Of a DNA stretch of 55,660 nucleotides, positions 1-8,590 are shown in pieces. The position numbers and the translations under genes are program-made. The DNA comes from a virus (Duplodnaviria; Caudoviricetes): IMG/VR virus record IMGVR_UViG_3300031578_006468, positions 1 through 55,660 of that record; one strand, written 5' to 3'. The notes beneath the pieces were generated by a model, which worked only from the letters and a program-made list of their open reading frames with translations, was not told where the DNA came from and made no database searches. The stretch's first letter is position 1; each line of letters begins with the position of its first letter.

Positions 1-2
1 AA

Positions 3-830
3 TTTGAAAAAGAAGGTGCAGTTTTATTAAGTGATACTTATGTAAACTCAAAAACTCCTTTGAAGTATATTTGTTTGAATGGGCATAACAATACAATAAT
101 TTGGAATAGCTGGCAGAGGGGCAGAAGGTGCTCTATTTGTTCTGGCAGAGAGAGAAATTCTTTTGACTTTATAGAGAAGGAATTTAATAAAGAAGGTTAT
201 AAGGTAGTTTCTAATTATTATATTAATAATAAAACTAATATAGAATATATTTGTCCCCAAGATCATAGACATAATATTAGGTGGTGTAATTGGATACAAG
301 GACAGAGGTGTTCTTACTGTGCTGGTGTTGGTAGGCTTAATATAAGTCATGTTAGAAGATCATTTGAAGATGAGTATTATGTGCTTGTTTCTGAAGAATA
401 TGTAAATAATAGTACAAAATTAAAATATGTTTGTCCAGAAGGTCATGTTGGAAGTGTTAGTTGGATTAACTGGAAAAATGGAACAAGATGTGTTAAATGT
501 TATGATCTTAAAAGGTTTGGAGAGAATAATCCTTCTTGGAAAGGCGGTATTTCCTTCGAGCCCTACTGTGAAGTTTGGAAGGATAAAGAATATAAAGAAG
601 ACATTAAAGAGCGTGACGGTAATAAATGTTTAAATTCTTATTGTAGCTCTAAAAATCCAAATGACTTAGTGATACATCATATTGACTATAATAAGAAGAA
701 TTGCAGCCCTGAAAATCTAATTACGGTTTGTAGGGCTTGTAATGGCAGTGCTAATAAAGAAAGAAATTGGCATAAGGCCTGGTATCAAGCAATAATTAAA
801 AATAGATATAACTACGGGAGGATAAATTAA
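3..830 (+). CDS. HNH homing endonuclease with tandem zinc-finger repeats (5' partial)
   Basis: The frame is open upstream of the TTG at 60 to the window edge (FEKEGAVLLSDTYVNSKTPLKYIC). Three repeats of Y-x-C-x2-(G/D)H...W-x2-W-x2-G-x-RC-x2-C, an NPSWKGG linker motif, and a C-terminal HNH core (ERDGNKC...IHHIDYNKKNCSPENLITVCRACN). Confidence 0.85.
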   Translation, partial: FEKEGAVLLSDTYVNSKTPLKYICLNGHNNTIIWNSWQRGRRCSICSGRERNSFDFIEKEFNKEGYKVVSNYYINNKTNIEYICPQDHRHNIRWCNWIQGQRCSYCAGVGRLNISHVRRSFEDEYYVLVSEEYVNNSTKLKYVCPEGHVGSVSWINWKNGTRCVKCYDLKRFGENNPSWKGGISFEPYCEVWKDKEYKEDIKERDGNKCLNSYCSSKNPNDLVIHHIDYNKKNCSPENLITVCRACNGSANKERNWHKAWYQAIIKNRYNYGRIN

Positions 831-1778
831 ATGGCAATAAGTATAGATACGCAAGATTTGCTGAACTACCCTGGAAATGTTAAAAGAGTCACTGCTGATC
901 AGGAGTCCCTTGTTCCAGCCGGAAATGAAGGGGACGAGGCATTCATGCTAAGTTTTTCTACCACTGCTTATAGTGACAATGTATCTAGAACCAGAATTCA
1001 GTCATATTATATCACTAATTTTAAGGCTGGGTGGTGTAAAAGTTCTGGATTTACTGGCACTAAATTTGCTTTAGATTCTACACACAATTCTATAGAAATA
1101 AAGATAGATTCTACTGTTAGTGGTATAAGTTCTGGATATTACAGAGTTACATTAGATCACGACAACGGTGTTCCTATGGATGGTGCTGTAGTAGCAGCAG
1201 ACCTAGAAACTAAGCTAAGGGCTGTGACACTGGATACTGGTGATGCTGGCTATTCTTTGGCTTATATGAACTCGTCTGTTGAATTTTCTGGAGGTAGGTT
1301 TTGGATAGTCTCTGGATCATTAAGTGGTTATTATTCGGGAGCTAATAAATCTGCAGTTAGAGTAAGAGCATCTTCTGTAAATGATTGTTCTGAAATTCTT
1401 GGTTTTAATCTCTCAACATCCAGTGAGGTTATAGCAGCTTCGTTAGTTAAAGAAGCTTTGGTAACTACAGCTGTTTCTGGTACGGTTTCAACACAGCTTA
1501 CTATTAATCAAAATGTGGGTGCTGTAGATAATGACCGCATGCTGATTACAGATGGAACAAATACGGATTATTTTCAAATAACAAGTGTTGTTGGTAATAC
1601 TACTATTAATTTTGAGGCAGCGGCGGTAACCAATAGTTATACGGCCAGTGGTGCTAAAATACAACTTTTACGTGAACAAGACCCAGACGCTGACCCAGCT
1701 TTGTGGTTTAATGATGTGGATAAAATTACCAGACATGGTATAAAAACTATAATTAATCAGATCGACTATAGTTCTTAA
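831..1778 (+). CDS. Putative virion structural protein, Ser/Thr/Gly-rich
   Basis: 315-aa ORF after a GGGAGG RBS, beta-rich composition. Contains a module (VAADLETKL...FWIVSGS...ILGF) also seen in the 523-aa and 2992-aa proteins. Confidence 0.6.
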   Translation: MAISIDTQDLLNYPGNVKRVTADQESLVPAGNEGDEAFMLSFSTTAYSDNVSRTRIQSYYITNFKAGWCKSSGFTGTKFALDSTHNSIEIKIDSTVSGISSGYYRVTLDHDNGVPMDGAVVAADLETKLRAVTLDTGDAGYSLAYMNSSVEFSGGRFWIVSGSLSGYYSGANKSAVRVRASSVNDCSEILGFNLSTSSEVIAASLVKEALVTTAVSGTVSTQLTINQNVGAVDNDRMLITDGTNTDYFQITSVVGNTTINFEAAAVTNSYTASGAKIQLLREQDPDADPALWFNDVDKITRHGIKTIINQIDYSS

Positions 1779-1781
1779 TAA

Positions 1782-2282
1782 ATGGCTGAGTACTTATTAA
1801 GAAATAGTCTCAACCCTGGAAAAGTTATAAAATGTGCCATAACGTTCAGGCAAATAATTAACAAGGGTGAAGAAGCTGAGCCTGTATGGTTGGTAGAGCT
1901 ACGAACTTTAGAGCCACATAAGAATGGCGGGGAGATACCTCCAGTTTATGTGCACTATACTTCAGCTAGTAATTTAGATGAGGCCATTAAGGAGGCTACT
2001 GAACAAATAGCTGCACAAGTAGATTGGGGAACATTGTATGATGATGTTCGTCCTCCATTCGTGTCATATAACTTTCCAACTACAGGTTCTGACGATGTTA
2101 GTATGTTTTCTAGTTTGATACTTGATATGGAAGAGGATCTTCCTGGAACTGGTATAGATCCAGATAGTATAGAAGTTACTATCAACGGTATAGATGTTAC
2201 GGATGAGGTAGATATATATGGAACACCTTATAATTATAGGCTTAGGTGGGACCCTAGTATAAGAGTTTTAGATTATTATTAG
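1782..2282 (+). CDS. Hypothetical protein with C-terminal Ig-like (SbsA/Big-type) domain
   Basis: PPFVSYNFP...DDV...GTGIDPDSIEVTINGIDVT resembles the Ig-like repeats of the 921-aa protein (PYLLNLDP...GTGLDMSTLECLLN). Confidence 0.55.
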   Translation: MAEYLLRNSLNPGKVIKCAITFRQIINKGEEAEPVWLVELRTLEPHKNGGEIPPVYVHYTSASNLDEAIKEATEQIAAQVDWGTLYDDVRPPFVSYNFPTTGSDDVSMFSSLILDMEEDLPGTGIDPDSIEVTINGIDVTDEVDIYGTPYNYRLRWDPSIRVLDYY

Positions 2283-2290
2283 GAGGATTT

Positions 2291-2719
2291 ATGGCATCTG
2301 TTGTAGACTTTTTTGATTTTATTTGTAATACTTTAGATATAAGATTTTTTGCTGGGTTGGCTTGTTCTGAAACATCTTTGTTTCATAATAATATGAGTTC
2401 AGAATTTATGCATTATATACCTGCTACAAATGCCCAGATAGCAGTTGGTATGGTTAATGGTGCTACACTTGCAGGTATGAAATCCGCAGTGTTGATAGGT
2501 TCTAGTAAATTACGTGGGATAGATTTTACTTTTAATATTGATAATGAGATTCCACTTCTAGTGCTTGCTGTAGGTAAAGATCAGATAGTACTTAAAAATA
2601 ATATATATAATATTGTTATGCTAGATGATTTTGAGGTAAGTTTAAATAGAATAATTAATTATATTAATACTAGGAATAAACCTGGAATTTTACTAATAAA
2701 TACAGAGGTGTTAATATGA
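2291..2719 (+). CDS. Degenerate sulfopyruvate/phosphonopyruvate decarboxylase alpha-subunit (ComD-like, ThDP PYR domain)
   Basis: AGGAGG RBS at 2281. IPATNAQIAVGMVNGATLAGMKSAVLI aligns with the recalled ComD pattern IPATREEE..GI.AGAYLAGKK.AILMQNSG, but the catalytic Glu and the QNSG motif are missing. Confidence 0.75.
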   Translation: MASVVDFFDFICNTLDIRFFAGLACSETSLFHNNMSSEFMHYIPATNAQIAVGMVNGATLAGMKSAVLIGSSKLRGIDFTFNIDNEIPLLVLAVGKDQIVLKNNIYNIVMLDDFEVSLNRIINYINTRNKPGILLINTEVLI

Positions 2720-3330
2720 AACGTTATTCTGCAGTAAGGATTTTAATACAGGCTTTGTCTGAGGAAGATGTGGCTATATTTATAGGAGAATCACTTAGTG
2801 CTGAGGCTTTTCTTTATGATCGGCCCGGCAATGTTTATTTATGTGATTACAATGATTGTATTAGTTTAGGTTTAGGTATAGCAATGTGCTCAGATAAGAA
2901 TGTATTTATTTTTTGTGAAGATTCATATTTTATTAGAAATATAAGTGAGTCTTTGCAGATAGGAGTAAGTAGATGTAAGAATATTTTTTTAGTTATTTTG
3001 ATAAGTGGTTATTATTTAAATATTGGAAAACACCCTACTATAACTAAAAGTATAATGTCTTTAAATGGTTTGTTGTTTAATATGGGTTTTATGGTGCATG
3101 ATTATAAACGTCATTTTAAAAACTCCAAGAACCCAGTAAAAGAGATAAGGGCAATATGGAGTAAAATTAATGGTCCTATGGCTGTTCTTCTTGATGTGGA
3201 TAGTGGGGTTTTAAAAACTAGTTCTGAGAGTATTATACCGTATAAAGACTCTTTGAAGAATCTTAGTAGTTTTATTACTAGAAACCAAGATTCACCTATC
3301 CTCTTTGAGGATGTAGTTAAGGAGGAATAA
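2716..3330 (+). CDS. Degenerate sulfopyruvate/phosphonopyruvate decarboxylase beta-subunit (ComE-like, ThDP PP domain)
   Basis: ATGA overlap with the preceding gene. MKR...DRPGNVYL...SLGLGIA...KNIFLVIL follows the recalled ComE pattern, but GSMG reads CDYN, GDG reads EDS, and DN reads IS. Confidence 0.75.
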   Translation: MKRYSAVRILIQALSEEDVAIFIGESLSAEAFLYDRPGNVYLCDYNDCISLGLGIAMCSDKNVFIFCEDSYFIRNISESLQIGVSRCKNIFLVILISGYYLNIGKHPTITKSIMSLNGLLFNMGFMVHDYKRHFKNSKNPVKEIRAIWSKINGPMAVLLDVDSGVLKTSSESIIPYKDSLKNLSSFITRNQDSPILFEDVVKEE

Positions 3331-3333
3331 TAT

Positions 3334-4596
3334 ATGTCTTATGAAAATGTACGTCTGAGAAAACAAAATTTTGCCATGGTTGATGGTTATTTTTGGATGG
3401 TAGATGAGGATACTGATAGTATAGTGGTTAAAACTGATGACGGCACATTGGCTTATTCATATCCATTGGATACTACTATATCTCAAACAGTTAAATCTTT
3501 AGAGTATGATGGTAGAAATATATGGACTTTACGTTCTACTGGTACGGATCAAGTTACTATAGACCGCTGGTATATAAACAACTATGTTTGTACAAAAAGG
3601 AATAGTTTTAATTTTGTTCCCGGTCCCTCACATAAATATGATGTAGATACATTTGCTGTAGAGCATTATCATATAGCTTTCTCTGCTGACGAGGCTGCTG
3701 GCCAGTCCATACTAAGTATAACTGATGGTTCTAAAATATTAAGTGGTTATACTATAGTTTTAGGACCAAATATCCTTGGTCAGATTGAAGAAAAAACTGT
3801 CAGTTCAGCTTCATCAGGTTCTGTACAAATAAATGGTTCGACAACATATGAGTACTCTAGTGGAGATCCTATAAATTTTTATAAAAGGCTTTGGTTATTT
3901 AATAACTACAACGGTATAGACGCTACTACAGGGGCACTTTATTGTGCAGATGCTTATACTGGATCAATAATTACTAAATATGCCGGAGGTGCTTTTACTG
4001 ATATTGCTGCTTGCACATTTTTTGATGTTCCAAGGTATGCTTTAAATAGGGCTGTAGCTCCTGGTACAATAGAGCCTAAATATAACTCTTTGTGTTATAT
4101 AAAAAATACAAATATGATATTTTTAAATCCTGACGATTTAAATACTAGCTATGGTTCTATGACTATGGATAATATAGAATCTGATCAGGCAACAAATATT
4201 ACAGTTTATGATTTGACCATAGAAGGTACAAATGTATATAGATTACAGCGTAAAGCTACATATTATGGGGCAACATCTACTTTTGCTGATAATACGTATA
4301 ACTATCAACTTTCATCGTTAAATTCATTTATTACAAGTATAAGTCTTAGAGCTGACCCAGCAATATTACCAGCCAACGGTGTTAATCCGTCTGTTATAAC
4401 AGCTATAGTAAAAGATCAGTTCAACTTACCAGTACAACAAAAAGCAGTTTATTTCACTGATGATGACCCTTATGAGTTCGGTGGTATAACTACTTCACCA
4501 GCTAATACTAATGGAGATGGTGTGGCAGAAACTACATATATTGCTGGAAATACAGCTAGGGAAGTTAGAATTACGGCCACGGCACAACAAGATTAA
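3334..4596 (+). CDS. Putative virion protein: beta-propeller-like region plus C-terminal Big-1 (invasin/intimin-type) Ig domain
   Basis: C-terminus LRADPAILPANG...ITAIVKDQF..PV....VYFT...NTNGDGVAETTY..G....V.ITATA is typical of Big-1. Paralogous to the N-terminal half of the next gene. Confidence 0.7.
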   Translation: MSYENVRLRKQNFAMVDGYFWMVDEDTDSIVVKTDDGTLAYSYPLDTTISQTVKSLEYDGRNIWTLRSTGTDQVTIDRWYINNYVCTKRNSFNFVPGPSHKYDVDTFAVEHYHIAFSADEAAGQSILSITDGSKILSGYTIVLGPNILGQIEEKTVSSASSGSVQINGSTTYEYSSGDPINFYKRLWLFNNYNGIDATTGALYCADAYTGSIITKYAGGAFTDIAACTFFDVPRYALNRAVAPGTIEPKYNSLCYIKNTNMIFLNPDDLNTSYGSMTMDNIESDQATNITVYDLTIEGTNVYRLQRKATYYGATSTFADNTYNYQLSSLNSFITSISLRADPAILPANGVNPSVITAIVKDQFNLPVQQKAVYFTDDDPYEFGGITTSPANTNGDGVAETTYIAGNTAREVRITATAQQD

Positions 4597-4639
4597 TAAT
4601 ATATAATTAAAACTAAAAGATACAAACGGTAAAAATTTA

Positions 4640-7405
4640 ATGGCAAATGAAAATATAGAAATACCTAATTCAAATTTTTGTATGGGACCACAAGCTGGTA
4701 CTATTTGTACCATAGATACTACTAATCCAAAAACTGTTTTGAAAATAAAAGATACTGGTGGTTCTACTATAATAGACCTTACATTGTCATCTAATATAGT
4801 AAACACTAATCCTAGATTAGAGTATGTTGGTCCAACTAATTTGCCTGGTTTAATAGACGAGTTAACTTTTTTTACGTTTGAAAAAGTGTCAAGTAGTACG
4901 TGTATGATAAAAAGGTGGCAAACCAGATTAGCATATAATGAGCTTTTACTTAAAGAACAGATAGTTAAATATTCTTCTGGTGATGATAGATTTAATGGTA
5001 TTGATTTTGCTGTAGAACATCACTTTAGAAAATTTACAGCTCCTAATGAGTATTATAATTATCTAAATATGGATAGCGTGGCTAATGTTAAAACTGGAAC
5101 TAAATTTTTTCTGGGCCCAAGTACAGATACTACTAATGAGGGCGCTACTGAGATAGCTACTGTTAGTCATGTTATAGATTATATAGGTGGAAAAAGAGTT
5201 TATCTAACTGCCCCACTAAAATATGAGTATGCGATAGATGATTCTATAATATTTTATAGTAATGTTTACATATATAGTTACGATGGTTACGGAGGCGATA
5301 GTGATAAAGGCACTTTATACAAGCTTGATGCTTATAACTGGAGAGTTGTAAGTATAGACACTAAGACTATATATAAGAGGGTAACTGCTTCAAGATGGTG
5401 TTCTTCGGTAGGAGCAGTGGCAAGTATTATGGGCACTAATATGTTATTTGTTAAGCCATATGACTCATACCTAATATGGAAATCTATGTTTTTAGGCAAT
5501 GTTGAAGACGATAATAACACAGTTTTTCCAGTTTATGATGTTATTTTTGATAATTATAGTATTTATAAGTTGCAGAAAAAAACAACTCTTAAAGATGATG
5601 AAGGAAATAAACAGACTTGGAATTGGTCAAAATTTAATTATCAAGAAGATAGCCTATTACCATACACAAGTAGTATAGTTACTTGGTTAGATCAATCTAT
5701 AGTAACTGGCTACTATAAGGAAGTGGATATTTATACGATAGTTAGAGATCAGTTTCACGTTGGTTTAAGAGATATTTATGTTGATTTCTACAAGACCGGC
5801 GATCAGGACGCGTTATTTGACCCACTGTCTGGTACAGTTATTTCTGATATAAATGGTGCTGCTTCTATAATTTATAGATCTGGTTCAAACTATGACGGCC
5901 ATACTGAAGTTACGACGAGATCTACAGGAAGTTCTAGTTCTACTGGAAGTTCTTACACGTGGACCTCAAATAATATCATAAGTTATGCAAATACTACTCC
6001 ACTATATGAAAAGATTTTTCAACTTAAAGAAGTATCTGAAGATATAGGGGGAATGGTTCAGGTTGAGAACGATTTTATATCTGATGTAAGTATGTTTGGA
6101 TACTCTTTTTTTACATCTCCAGGCGGCCCCTGGGGCAGTACTTTGTACAATGGCGGCGCTTATGTTGGAATAACTGAGGTAAAGAATCACTTACCTTTAT
6201 TATACTTGGGTGATGAAATACAAATAGACTCTCCTAAGGGCGGACCAGGTTATGGTTTTCATGTTTGGCCGTTTCCTACTTCTTCAAATGAAGGTCCGTT
6301 TTTTATCGGTGATAGAATAACTCAGGTTGAGGATGTTTCTTCTGAAAACCTAGTGAAAAGTGTGTCTAATTTTTTAATATATGATAAAGCAAATCCTGGA
6401 GATGAGAATGGGTATGTGCCATATTTAATTATAGTACAGCCAGAAGAAATTGGTAATGGTCAAATAAGCCAATTAAAATTAAGTTTACATACACATTGGG
6501 TAGATGGGAGTCCTTATGATACTCTGTGGACATATGTTAACGTAGATCAGTTTGTATTTGTTGAGGACGCTATTCCAAAATTCTGGAGTGAAAAAAATCC
6601 AGTTGGCACTAATATATGGATAAGACTTAGGCCTTTTGCGTTTAGTTTAGATAATAGCACATTACGTATGTGGGTTAGAGAATATTCTTATTTAGGAGAT
6701 ACTGGTTATTATGAAGTAACGGATAGAATAACTTTAGAGAATTTCGATGCTGGTAGTGATCTGTTAGGTATAGAAGTTACATATGATCCTCAGATAAGTT
6801 TTTTACATAACTCATTAGTTTTTGTGAGAATAGAGGTTTATGATGAATCTCTTACTCCTAACTTTATTTATACTGAATATTGGTTTAAAGTAACTCCTGA
6901 TTATAAAGTACCTTATTTATTAAATTTAGACCCCGATAGGGCTGATATTAATGTTCCAGTAGATTCTACTATATCATTTGAAATAAAAGACGAGGGTACC
7001 GGTCTTGATATGTCTACTTTAGAGTGTTTGTTAAATTCTAGAGTTATGGGACAAGAAGATTTATATATAGAAGAGTTTTCTAGGTATCATATTAAAGTTA
7101 CATATACCCCACCACAGATGCTTTATTTTGATAAAGAGTATAAGGTTACTGTTAAAATTACTGATACAGCCTACGAAGAAAATAGAATGAATGATTCATA
7201 CTCTTTTACTACAGCGTCTAGTAGTGGTGTAATAATAACAAACCCAATACCCGGTGTATGTAAAAGAGGTATGGGAAGATTTGAAGATGTAAAAGTCCTT
7301 GTTTTGGCCGGCGGAGATGGTGTAGATGAAGAGTCTATACGTATGCAAGTCTTTAATAGAGATGTTTTTCCAAATGTATTGCCAGTGATATACAGGATTT
7401 CTTAG
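4640..7405 (+). CDS. Putative virion protein: paralog of the 420-aa protein extended with further Ig-like domains
   Basis: Shared blocks FAVEH, LGP, YEY..D.I.FY, G.LY..DAY, TNM.F, VYD.....Y.LQ.K.T, NYQ..SL and IV.DQF. SbsA-type Ig motifs near the C-terminus. Confidence 0.7.
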   Translation: MANENIEIPNSNFCMGPQAGTICTIDTTNPKTVLKIKDTGGSTIIDLTLSSNIVNTNPRLEYVGPTNLPGLIDELTFFTFEKVSSSTCMIKRWQTRLAYNELLLKEQIVKYSSGDDRFNGIDFAVEHHFRKFTAPNEYYNYLNMDSVANVKTGTKFFLGPSTDTTNEGATEIATVSHVIDYIGGKRVYLTAPLKYEYAIDDSIIFYSNVYIYSYDGYGGDSDKGTLYKLDAYNWRVVSIDTKTIYKRVTASRWCSSVGAVASIMGTNMLFVKPYDSYLIWKSMFLGNVEDDNNTVFPVYDVIFDNYSIYKLQKKTTLKDDEGNKQTWNWSKFNYQEDSLLPYTSSIVTWLDQSIVTGYYKEVDIYTIVRDQFHVGLRDIYVDFYKTGDQDALFDPLSGTVISDINGAASIIYRSGSNYDGHTEVTTRSTGSSSSTGSSYTWTSNNIISYANTTPLYEKIFQLKEVSEDIGGMVQVENDFISDVSMFGYSFFTSPGGPWGSTLYNGGAYVGITEVKNHLPLLYLGDEIQIDSPKGGPGYGFHVWPFPTSSNEGPFFIGDRITQVEDVSSENLVKSVSNFLIYDKANPGDENGYVPYLIIVQPEEIGNGQISQLKLSLHTHWVDGSPYDTLWTYVNVDQFVFVEDAIPKFWSEKNPVGTNIWIRLRPFAFSLDNSTLRMWVREYSYLGDTGYYEVTDRITLENFDAGSDLLGIEVTYDPQISFLHNSLVFVRIEVYDESLTPNFIYTEYWFKVTPDYKVPYLLNLDPDRADINVPVDSTISFEIKDEGTGLDMSTLECLLNSRVMGQEDLYIEEFSRYHIKVTYTPPQMLYFDKEYKVTVKITDTAYEENRMNDSYSFTTASSSGVIITNPIPGVCKRGMGRFEDVKVLVLAGGDGVDEESIRMQVFNRDVFPNVLPVIYRIS

Positions 7406-7414
7406 GAGGTTTTT

Positions 7415-8068
7415 ATGGCAGAGCCAACAGTAACGTTCGGATTTAATCATACAGGTACGGATGTACCATGGACATATACAGGTTCAGGAGATCCTGAGGT
7501 TGGTGGGTGGAAAACTATAACACCTACCGATGATCTTTTGGTTTTCACGGGCGGCGGAATATTAGGCAGCTTATCAATTCCAACATGTGCTAGTGGTACA
7601 AGAGATGCAACAATAAGACCGAGTGCAACCTCGTATGTAATACCCCAAACCTATGTTGAAAAAGATATGATGTACCATGCACACTTAGTAGGCTATAATG
7701 TGAATAGATATGCTATGGGAGTTAGGATAGATGGTACTATGACCTCAGATCTCTACTTGGAAGCTTGGGATGATTTTAGTTTTAGTACAACAAATTTAGA
7801 AATATTGACTGGTACAACAAATAGCAGTAGTGCTAGTTTTATAAATGCTATAAGGACCACACTAGTAGAACCGCCATGGAGTCCAGGGTGGAACGGTTCG
7901 GATGTTGGGGCTGCATATTTGAGAGGGACAGATTATAGAATAGGTTTGAATAACACATCTGTAATAACGGATAGTACTGTATACTACAATATTTATATTC
8001 GTCTAGAGACAGACTGTTCTACGTTCCATGTTTTCCCGGTGATCGCATTTAGGTATCTCTATACGTAA
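7415..8068 (+). CDS. Putative structural protein (AWDD domain)
   Basis: AGGAGG RBS. LEAWDD..FST...EIL.G and the terminal F.Y.YT are shared with the C-terminus of the 515-aa protein. Confidence 0.55.
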   Translation: MAEPTVTFGFNHTGTDVPWTYTGSGDPEVGGWKTITPTDDLLVFTGGGILGSLSIPTCASGTRDATIRPSATSYVIPQTYVEKDMMYHAHLVGYNVNRYAMGVRIDGTMTSDLYLEAWDDFSFSTTNLEILTGTTNSSSASFINAIRTTLVEPPWSPGWNGSDVGAAYLRGTDYRIGLNNTSVITDSTVYYNIYIRLETDCSTFHVFPVIAFRYLYT

Positions 8069-8103
8069 TATACTTATTTTATAAATAATAAAAGGAGAAG
8101 GAT

Positions 8104-8577
8104 ATGCAAAAAATGAATATATCAGGCAAAGAACTACCAAATTTTAGCAACCTTGATGCAGTAGATGGTACTATTTTTGGTAGGCACAATAAGGTTAAAA
8201 GCATTAATCCGTATAAATGTAGATTTGTAGCTACGTACCCAGACGGTTCTGTAGTAAAAGGTTTAGATTTTTTCACAACTGGTTGGGATAATATACCACA
8301 AGGGTTGTCAAAACTAAGGTATGAACTTAGTACTGGGCATGTTATAGAAATACCAAAATACAAGGCTTATTTGCCCATGGTGGAGGTTTCTTTTGGTATA
8401 GACGGGTCTAGGGTATTCCACTCTATAAACGTCCATTGTCTGACCGATAGAGAGGTTGTAGTGTATAAGGTAGTTCTAAGACAAGACCAAATAGTTCCAC
8501 AAAAGATAGGAGATGTTATAATGAGTAAGTTACCGCTTCCGAAAGATATGAATAAATCTTGGAAGTACACAAGCTAG
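8104..8577 (+). CDS. Hypothetical protein
   Basis: AAGGAG RBS, 157 aa. Y.DG(S/T)...W..I..QG(L/I).(K/R)L motif shared with the ORF at 13778-14098. Confidence 0.6.
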   Translation: MQKMNISGKELPNFSNLDAVDGTIFGRHNKVKSINPYKCRFVATYPDGSVVKGLDFFTTGWDNIPQGLSKLRYELSTGHVIEIPKYKAYLPMVEVSFGIDGSRVFHSINVHCLTDREVVVYKVVLRQDQIVPQKIGDVIMSKLPLPKDMNKSWKYTS

Positions 8578-8590
8578 GGGGTAATTAAAT

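Noticed and set aside
2291-3330. Functional phosphonate or coenzyme M biosynthesis (auxiliary metabolic genes)
   Set aside because: The ThDP catalytic and binding motifs are degenerate, and no partner pathway genes are in the window.
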